Positions 43,101-56,589 of a stretch of 64,000 nucleotides of DNA are shown piece by piece. The stretch lies in NCBI GenBank assembly GCA_964035545.1, contig OZ037766.1, forward strand, positions 4,330,722 to 4,394,721. The letters are read 5' to 3'. The notes beneath the pieces are model-generated. The model was not told the DNA's origin and did no database searches. It saw only the letters and a list, made by a program, of their open reading frames with translations. This DNA comes from Bugula neritina. Its lineage: Eukaryota > Animalia > Bryozoa. Numbering within the stretch: position 1 is the stretch's first letter; each line of letters starts with the position of its first letter. The position numbers and the translations under genes were made by a program.

Positions 43101-46100
43101 AGCCTATGTCTGTATTAAAGTATCTATAATTGTGTAAAAGCTAAAGTGTTTTCTAAGCTAGCTGGGAAAAGGACTGTTTATGCTGTGGCAGAGAAGCAAA
43201 TTTGATTGGCTTACTCTTCCTGACACCATCACTGGCCCTGCCTGGATTCAAACCCATGATCTCGTGCATACTCAGTTAGTGCTCTAACCAGTGCACCTTG
43301 GCTGCTACTTATGTATATATTACAACTATAGTTTTTAAAGATACAATTACCTATAACACAGGACAAAGGCAATGTAAGAAGTTAAAATGTGAAAAAAATT
43401 AAAACGCAAATTTTGGAGCTTCAAAGCTATAATAAGAATAATATTAAAACCTGCAGCTATAAACATCGAACGCACCTTGAGATATTGAAACAAGTTGCAC
43501 ATTATAGCACATACCAACTGTTCTATACGCTGAATATAACCTGAACTGTACATCCAACTGTAGGTCCACATATTAGCGGAGAGCATGTGACAGCTGAGGA
43601 TGTGATCAACAAGGAGTCTCACACAAAAGGTTACTGCTTGCCCGCCTTCCGTATTTCTTTCCTACTATAGCTTTACCAGCACAGCTTTCTTAATATCACA
43701 TTTTCTTAAAGCTCAGTATAAAAGTATTTTGTAGTGAAAGTTTAAAATTATTCACTTTACATAGTACTAATAGGACGTCAGCCCATAAATAAAAACATGG
43801 ATAAAAAGATCAAAAACTCAAAATTTTTAATTAATTTTCATCTAATATTAAAAATAAGAAGAATGCAGTTGGTATTAGCATCATTGAAAGTCAAGAAGCT
43901 TAAGATTTATACATTGGTATATAATTTATAAATTGAGAAGTTCTTAAAATTATATTTCCTTTGTCTCAGATATTTGTTATTCCAGGTAAAGATAATATAC
44001 TGATTATATATAAAATAGTATGAGCGTGTTCTTTCAGGCGTGGTATAATTTGTAGAAAAACCGTAATTTGCATATTTCATTCACAAATATATAATTATGT
44101 AAACATGAGTGTATAATTACTTGACTAAATAAAGTACATTTTGTAGAGAAGTTATTACAGCTTTCCAATGGACTCCAAAAGGTCATGTATTTTGGTAAGT
44201 TATCTTTTTTCTCAACTATATGTAAGCACAAAGCTATAAAAAATTATTAAAAGACTAGCTAGTATAAGTTTCAAAAAGCAATTGTATATTTTTCATTCTC
44301 TCAGAAACCTTCTGTTGCTTATCGTTAAAAAGTCATCTTATGGTTGCAACTTTATATTTGGTTTAATCCCACAAAACAAAACGCTATTTGCCGTATAATG
44401 CTATATATTTCCATATACTATATACCAATATAGCTTCCATGCAGCTTTTATACAAGATATAAATGCTTGAAACAAATCATACCCGTTTCATTGCTGAAAA
44501 AATTAAACTGGACTCAATAAGAGCCATTTTAAAACCTAAACCTTAAACTTAAAATATTTTCTCATTTCTAGTGATGACATTTATTTTAAACTGCTTAGAA
44601 ACTGTTTAAAAACCTGCTTTACCAGTGACTAATATAACAATTACGTTGATGTATTCAAAAGTTACAGAAGTGTATCAGCACTTTCATTACAGTATCTTTT
44701 TCTTTACCAAAAACTAGTTGTACTATTTTAGATATTGGATTAGCACTAGCTTGCTTCATCTTGGTCATGGTGTACTTTCCAAATAGACCACCAAAACCTC
44801 CAAGTCAATCACAAATTACAGAGCGCATGGGATACTGGGAAGGAATTCTCTTCCTGCTAAGGTAATTAACATGACTACAGTAAGTATGTAGCTACATACT
44901 ACAGCTGCAGTTTGTATGACTGTAGTATGTACAGGTGTAGTACAGACTTAATTTTTCTATCATCTTTCAATAAAGCTGATTAATCATTAGCTTTGATTTG
45001 CCAACATTAATATAATTACATAGCATGATATAATTAACGCAATATAAAACTATATTATAATGTAACAATATAATACTATGTTTGATAGAATATTAATATA
45101 ATGTAAAAATGTACTATAATATATAATATAACAATTATATAACATAATAATTTAGGAGCCCCCAACTATGGTTGCTGAACCTGGCTTTCAACTGTGCTGG
45201 TGGATTCTTTAATGCGTGGCTACCCTTGGCATCTATAAACCTCAGACCAATGGAGATAGACCAGGTAAGACTTAATATTTGTATACATTATAAAATTACT
45301 TTATAAGTAATAATTGGCAATATGTTACTTACTACAAGGTTTCTACAATGGTTTAAACTCACAACAAAATTTTATTAACACTACAAAGCTTTGCAGTATA
45401 TATATACAACTTTTGGATTAAAACCTTAATGTAATTTTTGAGAGTATACTTTTTATGACCCAAGCTCTGTCTACACTTTCAAAATTAGTACCTCAAGTAA
45501 TTAATTTCTACGAGTTACAAGAGCTAACTAGTTGTTAATAACTTTCAAGTGTCTGTGATAGATAGCCCAGGTAGTCCTAGGTACTTTGGTGACTCCAGGC
45601 ACTAGTTGTTGCCTAGTATAATAACTCTCAAAGTATTATTAATAACAAAACACATGGCTAAAAATTACTTGCTGTAGAGGAATTATCATATCATTAGATA
45701 AACACTAATCACAATGATCTTCATAATTTAAGAAGTCAGAGGTGTTTCTATATTGTAATTTTTTTTTCAAAGTGCTGAAAACACTATATGTTAATCAGAA
45801 AGAGTATAATAAAGTAGCAGAATTGAAAGGTGGTGCCAGACTTTATATTTTATCAAGTGCTTTCAGAGTTCTTTGGTTTTAAGCAGGACTTTTAAGACTT
45901 TTAATTTGGTGGTAAAGGAGTTCCTTGCAAACTGTGTCAATAAGCATCTTTGCAGCTGACAAAGAATTAAAAGAACTTTTTAAAACCAGTTTCTTACTAC
46001 TAATCACAAGCAGACGTCAGGCATTGCTCTGCTTAAAATAAACAGAGAGAGTAGAAATGTTGAGTAGCTGTCAATAAGCTTAGAACAATTTAGTCTTCTG

Positions 46101-47659
46101 ATAGGAAACAGGGCTATTGATGGACTCAGAAGATCTTTTATAAAAATGACCAACAACAGAGAAAATTGAACATCAAACAACTAGCCTTGCTGTGTGTGCA
46201 AATGAGCTAAAATATCATGAATTTAAATCTAAAAATAGAAAACCTCATAAATGCAGGGTTTAACATACTTGTAACTTATATTTCACTGTATAAATAGTTT
46301 TGTGTTGTAAAAATATTGATGTTTCTACGATTTGTTGAATAATAATCATTGTTTATTTTCGTTGCCAGGCAACTGCAGGCTGGATTGGATTTGGTGCTAT
46401 GGTGGCCGCCGGCATTGGTGCCATTCTGATTTCCAGGGTTGCTGACTTTTTCAACAGGAAGTTACGCGTCATAACTTTAGTCAGCACTTCCTGTGCCATC
46501 ATCATAATAGCCGTCCTGGCTTGCTTTCTCCAGGGTTACATTGTGGTACCTTCTAAACACTACTCTACAGGTATGATAGTACCTCAGCTTGGCAGCTCTA
46601 CTGTGATATCTTGTGGTGTATTAGTAATTTAGTATATACAGTGTATAGCATATATACTGGTGTATTAATATATACAGTGTATAGCATATGCTGGTGTATT
46701 AATTTATACATTGTATAGCATATGCTGGTGTATTAGTAATTTAGTATATACAGTGTATAGCATATATACTGGTGTATTAATATATACAGTGTATAGCATA
46801 TGCTGGTGTATTAATATATACAGTGTATAGCATATGCTGGTGTATTAATTTATACATTGTATAGCATATGCTGGTGTATTAATATAGATAGTGTATAGCA
46901 TATACTGGTGTATTAATATATACAGTGTATAGCATATGCTAATGTATCAAACAGGAATGTATGTTTTGCTATTTTCTTTGTAAATGTGGAGATAAAAATT
47001 AGCACTTTTGAAAATCTTAGAAAGTAATATTTAACTTGTAAGTGACTCATTTTATACATAGTCATTCAAAAAACTTTGCTTTTAACTTTATTGTAGTGCT
47101 GCTATTTGTGCTCTATATCGGAGCCTGTGTCACTGTTAATGGAGTCATCCCCCTTTATTATGAGATCGGAAGTGAGATAGCATACCCAGCTCACGAGGCC
47201 GTGGCTGGTACATTCCTGCAAGTCATCAGCTTTGCTTTTGGAGCCATATACTTCTTGCTCTTCTTCAACTCAACTCTTGCCAATTGTAAGTCAATTATAA
47301 GAGTTTTAAAGTGCTTAAAGAATTTAAGTTAACGTTTTAAGCTAATCAACCATCAAAAAAATCCATTCCTAGACTTTTTGAATTCAATTTTGTCGGAGCT
47401 TACAGTTCATCCTGATCCTAGTATGAAACTCAATCTTTGTTATCAACAAATTCATATTATTAGAGTTTTCTCCCCTGTTATGAAGTACAATAACTGGAGC
47501 CCAATATGCCAGTCACATATACCTTCAGCATGTTGTACAGGTACCAGCTGGATGACATGGACGCTGCTGGGAACTACCGCTGTCACTCTCATTCTACTCC
47601 TCTTCGTCAGAGATTACTACCCCCGTCTGGATATTGAATACGGCAGCAATCCGAAGTAG
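40151..47659 (+). CDS. SLC49A4: SLC49A4/DIRC2-like MFS transporter, copy 1
   Basis: Exons 40151-40466, 40922-41009, 41679-41842, 43564-43629, 44147-44194, 44732-44861, 45156-45264, 46369-46570, 47097-47285, 47541-47659. Motifs YKRRWWIL..QGILWNTWAP, SVTWFPVCERNTAT, YFPNRPPKPPS, PLYYE..EIAYPAHE, YPRLD. Confidence 0.9.
43228..43310 (-). mobile_element. Degenerate tRNA-derived repeat remnant
   Basis: Minus strand ..aggtgcactggttagagcact...tcatgggtttgaatccaggcaggg has A- and B-box-like motifs. Confidence 0.45.
46615..46940. repeat. About 34-bp minisatellite (ggtgtattaatatatacagtgtatagcatatgct)
   Basis: About 9 copies in an intron of SLC49 copy 1. Confidence 0.9.
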
Positions 47660-47846
47660 CAGCAGGCGTCTTGTCTTTTTTGAAACATCTTACAATAAAC
47701 TTGGTTTGAATGTTTTAAAGTTAATAAACAACTATTGTTATATTTTGTACTTGCTGTGGAGATGTGACTAGAATCATATCAATATAAAAAATATCACTAT
47801 AACAACTACATTTTATACATGATGGGTATCAGCCAATAACCTATAC

Positions 47847-48071
47847 CAAGGGTGGGCAACTGGAAGCCCCAGGGCCACCTGTGGCTCTTTGCCCATTTTT
47901 CAGTGGCCCTTTTAAAACTTGAGATAAGTAAAAACTGTTGTATATGCATCCGGATTAGCACATGGTATAGGTTTGGTAACAAATTACTTTATTATAATAA
48001 ACATTACCATGTGTACAATCATGTGGCTCTTGGCTTGGTGGCCTTCATGCAAAAGAAGTTGCCCACCCCTG
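47847..48071. mobile_element. hAT-family MITE (225 bp) with 8-bp TSD
   Basis: TIRs caagggtgggcaact and agttgcccacccctg; perfect TSD acctatac at 47839-47846 and 48072-48079. Confidence 0.92.
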
Positions 48072-48455
48072 ACCTATACATTCCCCGACATTCAATGCAT
48101 TGCTATAATAACTGCAGACAGTGCATGCAAAACAAACCTAGTGAGTCAAAGACCACGCATTCATCCAATGAGTTATAAGTAATTATAAGTAATTAATCAT
48201 GTGCATTGAGTTTCATCTTTCATTCTGTCTATCCAAGTGTCTGTACAAATAAAATACTGGGTGATGGCATAAATGCATGCTTCATTGCCTTACTCTTTAA
48301 GTTCCGGCTAGTAGAGCACAATTGATCTCTAAGATCATATCTCAGTCACACTGTGAGCCATAAGAATATGTGGACACACTATGACTTTTGAGTGAATAGA
48401 AAAAACTTTTAGTTAGAAGTTGATACGTAAAAATAATTTATTGTAAAGACTGGCT

Positions 48456-51400
48456 ATGAAGGAGTCAGTTGATGGAGAAAAGTTGGAGTTAGTAGAAAAA
48501 ACACCGAAGTGTGTAGATTTGAGTGACTCACAACCAGCTATAGAAACAGACAACACCGAGATTAAATTATATAAGAGAAGATGGTGGATATTATTTGTCT
48601 TTTTCTTTGTATCTGTCGTTCAGTCACTTCTGTGGAACACGTGGGCTCCGATAGTAGATGCTGTAGTTGTGGCCTTGGATTGGACTGATGGACAAGTAGT
48701 GGCACTACCAGCAATAGCAAACGCTGTTCTAGTTGGGCTCTCACTCCCAGTTCTGTACGTACTTGAACTATATGGTGAGTCTGTATTATTTATCAAGATG
48801 AGCTAAAGTAGCAAAACTGCAATACATAGTGTCTAAACTTAAAAATGATAATATATGCATCAGCAGTGGTGAGCTCGTCAAGATAACCAGGCTGACACAT
48901 TGCTAGTTTCTGTCCAGTGCTAAATGATGTTCAGAATGAATGTTTGTTTAGAAGAATGATAGAACTGAGTGTAAACTTCATAGAGCCAATGTTTCACGAT
49001 CACAAGTACAGATGATTTTACTAAAATGACTTACTCTAGCTTTGGAATGCTCCTCTAATTAATATTATAAGTTCACCCAAACAAACTCATTTGCAGTGCT
49101 ATGCTGCTACGCATTTATTTCAATATGTATTTCAAAGTAAAAACCTGCTTTACAATCCACAACTTATAGAAAAGTATTAAAAGTAATCCAACAAAGACAT
49201 TAACTATTTGCATGTGGCATAAAGTGTTAGTTTAAATACTATAAAGTTTTAGAGCATGCAGCTGTATAGATAGGAGAATACAAAGTATAGAGTTGATAGG
49301 TGTGGAGCTATGGAGTATGAATTCATAGACTATAAAGTTATAGACTGTAAGTTATAGACTTGTAGAGTGTAGAGTTATAGAATGTAGAATTATAACATTA
49401 TTGTGTAGAGTTAAATAATGCCATAGATTTATTAAGTGTATAATTATATAGCCGACCTGTCTAGCTATTATTGACTATAATATTTCTATTGTGTGATAGA
49501 TATTTCTTGTAGCAAGATACAAGTTGTCATTTCAACTGTGTGTTATATGTTATAGGTATACGACAAGCTCTTATAATCACGTGCCTTCTCTCCACACTAG
49601 GAACTGCTGGTTGGGCAATAGGAGTTCATATTGAAACATATTGGTGAGTATTACATGCGTAGAGATAGTACAACTGCGTTATGTCCATAATAAGTTATGC
49701 CAGGATGTATCTACATTTGCATAACTTTCAATTATTGATTATAAATTTGTAACTAGCCGGTTGCCTGAATGCTTTCACAGTTTACATGGAATACATTGAG
49801 TTGTATTCAGTGGCATTAATTTATATAAAGCACTCTAAAGGCAAATTTAACTTCAGAAAATTTTGACCGAACTCAAAAATAATTAAAATTGATTACTTGG
49901 CAAAAGTTATAGTTGATGAAAATTGGCCACGTAAAAAAAAACTCGATGAAATAGTATTTTTCAAAAGAAATTTTTGTTGTGTTCAACTATATCAAAATCA
50001 ACTTTGGAAAGTGCAGCGCAGCAGCATATAACTTAGTATCAAAATGCTATGATTATAAGTTGTGCTGCAACTTGCATGTAACATTTTTATAAACTTTGAT
50101 TTAAATAATCCATATATACAAATGCTATATAAATATATTATCACAAAGTATACCATATAACGCATAATTATACTATATTACACACTACTATAATACCATA
50201 TTACAAACTATAATATGCAATGTTGTACACTTTTATACCATATCACACCATTATAAGAAATAATCAACATGCTAGTATATTTATGCATAATACATGTTGT
50301 AAAAGTATAATATAGCACTTTAAATGTTTATTTTAGGCTGGTTGCCATTAGCACAGTTTTTACTGGGGTGGGGTCATGCATTCCTTTAGGTGCCCCATCT
50401 TTTCTCTCAGCAACTTGGTTCTCAGCCAAAGAAAGAATCACAGTGACTGGAGTGAGTCTATTTGGGACATTTCTAGGTGCTACTCTGGGCTTTCTCATAG
50501 GTCAGTTATATACCGAGCTAAATTGGTCAATTAGTGGTTACTATATGGCTTTTAATGGTACTGAGTAGAGTTTGTATAAGATCTAAACACTACTAGATAC
50601 AAATTAAAAAAGTTAAATGTTGATTATATGACCAAATTTATATTTTCCCTTTTATCAAGTAGTATTTTATTGTCTGAACAACTTTTCTACTACAACTTCT
50701 TTGCCAGCCTTTTACTAGGTGTAAAGTTTATTGCTAGTCGCTACAACATTATTATTATTATGGTCATATAGTGAGTTTCAAAGAGAGAAGCAGGCATTGC
50801 GAGGCAACAAGGTTTATAATATAAACCTTATTAAACCTTAAAATATTATTTTCAAGTAAAATTATTTCTTTCTGAGGTAGGTAAGGTAAGGCAGGTTGTG
50901 CTATAAATGAAGGAAAAATTATTTTATAAAAGTTACTAATTCAAAAACATCAAACTTGTGTAAATTAATAAATCATGTAGAGTGCTAGCTTGCTGTATGT
51001 TTGGTGTTAACAGCGTTATATTTTAATGATTTACTTATCCACAGTTATAAAAATGGACAGTTTGAATTGTTGTTTTGTAGGCCCTAGTATTATTGGTATG
51101 AAAATAGCTGCAGAGGTAGCTGAAAATCGAGACAATCAAACGGCAGGTTAGCCTTAAATCCATAAGTAACAGAAGTTTAAAAATTTATAAAAAGATAAAT
51201 AACTTAAGTGCGTTTAACCTATCTATCTTTTTTATAAATTCTCAGTATAAAATAATTAGGGGTTCGATCAGTTACAAAGTATATTTATTTTATTTTTTAC
51301 CCAAAAAATAATAGTTCTTTTCTAAATCTTGAAAACAGTAAGCCGCCCATAAACAACTAGAATGTATAGATAGCTTTCAAATCATTTTCTTCACAGCTCC

Positions 51401-54400
51401 AAGTATCTTCAATTTCTGGAAGTTAAATTTTAAGGCCTTTATTAGTATTTGGAAAGCATGTAAACACACATTTTCTGTAAATCTAATATTATACTCATAA
51501 AATGAAGCTCTATTATTATACAGAGTATCTTCAAGAAATAAAGTTGGGTATAGAAAGAGTCATCTATGTTGGTAAGTACATATAAAACATATTATATAAC
51601 TCATTCTTACACAACAATAAACTATAACAATATATATAATTTCTAAAGAATGTGGCAAAACCTGCTATACCAATATGTTCTAGATGTAGCACTGGCTCTA
51701 GCTTGCGTAGTGATAGTACTTGCTTACTTTCCTAACAAACCACCATCACCACCTAGCAGGTCTCAAATGCACGAGAGATTAGAGTACTTTCAAGGCATAA
51801 AGCATTTGTTCACGTAAGTAATTCATATACACCTATTTTCGTCACAAGAGTATTATATTACATCATATCGCTTCTTTAACACATTTACAATGTAAAACAT
51901 GTTCAAACTCTTTCTGCATTACTAGTTTTATAGTAAATAATTGTATATTATTTTATACTGCCTCTTTACTATACTATTTTTACTCTTATATACCATTATA
52001 ATTATGGAAGATTGCATTTGCAATTAATATTGCATAAATGTAGGCAGAAGCGCTATAGCTATATTTTTACCTAACTTATATTCGTATGTTGATGTTATAT
52101 AAGTACAATGCCTCTATGTAATTTCAAAAACAAAGTTGCTAATTTGCTATACATTGTCATGGTAATAACTAAAGTAAATTACAATTTGTTTTCTGACTGC
52201 GTATAATTCTATTAGAGACAGTAAACATTAAAACTTTGGTGCAACACTGATTTATTGCCTTGACCATACATATTTTCAAGACTATATAAAAATTTACAAG
52301 CAAATTGAAATTGCTTTGTATAGAAACCCACAGTTTTGGCTGTTGATGGTGTCTATGAACTTATCATATGGAATATACAATCCTTGGCTCCCTCTGATCT
52401 CTATAAATCTTAGGTCATTGCGTATCGACCAGGTAAGCAATTGTCACTGCTACTATTCAATTGTAATATATAGTGCATGTGATAGAATTTATCGTATTAG
52501 TTTATTAGTTTATTTATGAGTACTGAAAGACATAAATCATATACCATTTTAATCCTACATAAAAATATCATAATTGTAATACAAGCAAGGGCTAAAAAGA
52601 GCATGCAGTGTACAGTACCAGTATGTAACCTTATATTGCTTGCATTATTGTTTATGTTTTGATCCATGTGTGTAGTTTATATTTATACTGTGTAGTCTAT
52701 GTTACAACTGCTTAGCTTATATTACTACTGTGCAGCTTATATTACTACTATGTGGTTTATATTACTACTGTGTATCATATATTACTACTGTGTGGTTTAT
52801 ACTACTACTGCCTATCTTATATTATTACTATGTGGTTTATATACTACTACTGTGTAGCTTATATTACTACTGTGTATCTTATATTACTACTGTGTATCTT
52901 ATACTACTACTGTGTAGCTTATATTACCACTGTGAATCTTATATTACTACTGTGAATCTTATATTACTACTGTACGTGTAGCTTATATAATACTGTTGCA
53001 GTATGTTGCTGGGTGGATTGGACTATCTTCAGGGCTGGCAGGCGCTTGCAGTGCTGTCGCTGCCTCATATCTAGCTGACCACCTTAAAAGGAGAATTCGG
53101 ATTATCATCATCATAGCTTTATGTCTCAGCCTTGTCTCAGTCATAAGTCTATCTTGTATTTTACAAGGTACCTTGGCTTTGCCTCATCAACACTTCAACA
53201 CTCCTGGTTAGTAAACAAGTCTATTCTTCTACTCTTTCTGTTTGCAAGTTTGGAGGAATGACTGAACTAAAGACTAAGTTCCTGTGATAGTAGTTATATT
53301 ATATGTCCAAATTCAAGTCTTAGCTTGAAGTTATATGAAAGGAGCTGTTTAATCTTTATATAAAGACCAGTAATTCTAATACATAAATCACATTTGTTCA
53401 ACATTTCCATTCATATTTGTGAGAACCCCTAATAGTAAGTAAGTCATGTTAGAAGTAATTGTTGTCAAGCGCTCTTTCTAACAGATCACTAAGTTGACTC
53501 TGATAAAACTCTAATCTATGACTCAGTACCCTCTAGCCACTAGACTGCTATAAACTCACAATATTGCATGCAAAGCATACTATCTGACTGATAGTGTTTC
53601 TACTTAATTGATCCGCACATACTAGTCCAGGTTTTTAATTTATAATCAGAAGTTTCAGTTTGGGTAGGAGATGTTATTTATTAAGTTATGATTAGTTTGA
53701 CTAAAATAACATATATGCATGTAATAAATTATAATATGGCAGTTTACTTTCCAAATGTTCATCATTACTCTGTACGTATGATTGGTTGATAAAACAAAGT
53801 GCCTTGTATTGTATTTACATTAAAAGAGTCCAGTGAAAATTATTCTCTCTCGTATTACCATATTATTATTATTATTATTCACAGCTCTACTCTTTGTATT
53901 ATTCGGCTTGGCAGCCATGAGCTTTGTTGGAGTTGTCCCACTTTTCTATGAAGCCGGTTGTGAAATAGCTTACCCTGTGAATGAGGTGTTAGTGGGAACC
54001 TGCCTTCAGGTGGCCAGTTTCATAGTCAGTGGAATTTACTTCCTCCTACTATTAAATCAGTTTTTAGCCAGCTGTAAGTATTGAATTTAGCAATTAGTAA
54101 TAATTGAAAGCGTTAAGTAATATCTAATGATATATTATATATTATTGCAATATTTTATCTAAATATGTTTGCAAAACAAGCCATTCTTCAACAACCTATG
54201 TGCACCCATTATAATTTTCTTTTTAAGGCTTAGGTGCTGGTATAGCGGTTTATTTGATGAGTATATCATATATCATATATTATATATCATATATATAATA
54301 AAGATTTTTTTATTAGTTTTGGCAATGTCATTTTAGCTACAGTTTCATATATATACATTATATACACACACTGCGCACATAATAAACAATTATAATTTTA

Positions 54401-54574
54401 TTATAAGATACAACTTTGCTTCCAGAGCTATAGTACACTCCTTCTATTGCAGATACAGCCTGGATGACCTGGACACTGTTAGCAGGCGCTACGGTTTCGT
54501 TATTTATTCTGTATTTTGTAAAGGATCAATACCACAGACTGGACTTGGATGATAGTGATATTTCTCCAATCTAA
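48456..54574 (+). CDS. SLC49A4: SLC49A4/DIRC2-like MFS transporter, copy 2
   Basis: Exons 48456-48774, 49556-49643, 50337-50500, 51081-51146, 51524-51571, 51684-51813, 52324-52432, 53002-53206, 53885-54073, 54453-54574; same motifs and phases as copy 1. Confidence 0.9.
52670..52998. repeat. 20-bp minisatellite (gtgtagcttatattactact) running into a splice acceptor
   Basis: About 16 copies ending at ..tactgttgcag of SLC49 copy 2 exon 8. Confidence 0.9.
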
Positions 54575-54624
54575 TATAATCATTATTAATCATTCTTTAT
54601 AATATAGGTTGTAAATAAACACAA

Positions 54625-54660
<36 letters not shown>

Positions 54661-55084
54661 ATGGAGTAATAATATAACAATGCTATATTTGTCATATGCT
54701 TGGCAAGATTTTTCTAAAGCCTGATAGAGAGTTAAATGGCATGTTGCAGCAGTATTTCAAATCATTGCCAAATTATGTATTAAGTTTATTTTTTAGATAT
54801 TTTCAACTCCTAACTTGTAATTGATTACATAGTAGCCTATTCATATAATCAATTTACAATATTTTAGATTTTCTTGTTAGTAATAATTTTGTTTATGCTT
54901 TGTGTTAACTGTAATCCAGCTTAATTGTCTTGATCGTTTGTGAATGTCAGTTTAAAGAAAATCTAAATACAAAAAAACCTGCTATACTATTCATATATAG
55001 TGCTGAAACAACTGTATATTACGTATACAACTTCTGTAAGTCTTACGATATGATAATGAAAATATATTATACAGTTTCAGTTCA

Positions 55085-55210
55085 CGCGGCATTTTCTTTG
55101 TAGCAGCTGCTAATTTTAAACACTATAGGAGTATAGGTGTATGATACACCTATACTCCTATAGTGCTTAAAATTAGCATAATATGCCGCTGCTACAAAGA
55201 AAATGCTGTG
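55085..55210. repeat. Near-perfect inverted repeat (about 55-bp arms)
   Basis: gcattttctttgtagcagc-tgctaattttaaacactataggagtataggtgtat G atacacctatactcctatagtgcttaaaattagca-(insert)-gctgctacaaagaaaatgc. Confidence 0.9.
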
Positions 55211-55641
55211 TTTACCTTCACTATTTAGCTATACCAGATCAGACATATATATGATTGATGAAAGAGCTATTGCCATGATGCTTTCAAGCAAATTATAATA
55301 CATGTAGTCGTATTGTTTATTATAGCTATAAGCCTTTATATATAGTACCTAATATTATTTGCATCATAACTATATATGTAAGCCTTTATATATAGTAATA
55401 TTATTTGCATCAACTATCACGATTTCACTTGAACATAATTGCATTTATGAAAAACGATTGTAGAAGTACAAGTCGAGTTTGTTTAGTGGTGACAAGTTTA
55501 AAAAGTTTAAAAACTTCTGTGCTGAAAATACTTTATTGAAGTTCATGTTATTTTGTGCTTCATTAGCAATAATAGACGTGTTACCTATTCAAAGAGTTAT
55601 CTATTCTAACCTCCGACTTGAAGATTCTACGTCTTAATGTG

Positions 55642-55803
55642 ATTGAATTGCTCTATAAGCAGCTCTCGGTTAGGGGTGATTAAGTGCAGTAGCCTGCAAT
55701 TCTCAGCGGGATATCAATAAATTAATCTTGACTTTAAACGCAAGAATTCTAAGTTACTGCACTCATTCACTTCCACTTGAAGCTGCTTATAGAGCAAATT
55801 AAT
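55642..55803. mobile_element. Imperfect palindromic MITE-like element
   Basis: Outer arms ttgctctataagcagct / agctgcttatagagcaa; inner arms agtgcagtagcctgcaattct / agaattctaagttactgcact; no clear TSD. Confidence 0.55.
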
Positions 55804-56589
55804 CTAATTACACAATGTCTTGCCAACACCTTTGATTTTAGTCGACTAACAACTAGAACTTGACTAACTACTACTGCTACGAGAAAAAACTCAAGTAAGT
55901 AAGTTTTAGTTGTTTTGTATGTCATCCAGTAGCGTTTTAGCTTAAATTTTATTCAAAAACATGCATGCTCCCCAACATTTGAGTATAAATATAACTGTAT
56001 AAGTATTTTGTATTCATAGTCATAGTCATACTGATACTGATAGTGATACTGGGATAATCATAGTGATACTGATACTCATCCTGATCCTCATACTGATACT
56101 GCTACTGATGGTGTCATAGTGATACAGCTCTAAGCCTATGAAGTATAGTAATAGTTGGTGTACTAATTTAAATTGGTGATTTAAATCTCAGCACAATCTT
56201 GACACCTGACTGGAAATCTTTGCAATTTATGCTTGAACGAATCTCCTAGCATAGTCAATAGATGCTTATAGTATTAATATATCAATATGGGCACACTACA
56301 CATGGGTGCATTCCATAATATCAGTTGTGGTCGACAATAGGCTATAGTGAATAGGGCATAGGCATAGCAATAGTCAACTGACCTATCAAACATGGATTGA
56401 GCATACGATTGGTATTCTAGAGCATTTGTCAGTTCGTAAAAGTCAATTTAAATAGCTGTCTGCTTTCATCTGCTGCAGATTTGAATGGACATATATGTCG
56501 TGCAATTACGGGGAGGCCGCTAGCTCCTCCTATAACTTGATTAGTACAGATAACTAGAGTCTAAACACTACTAATTAATAATTAGTAAA

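Noticed and set aside
52730-52981. Tyr/Cys/Leu-rich repetitive ORFs
   Set aside because: Translations of the 20-bp minisatellite.
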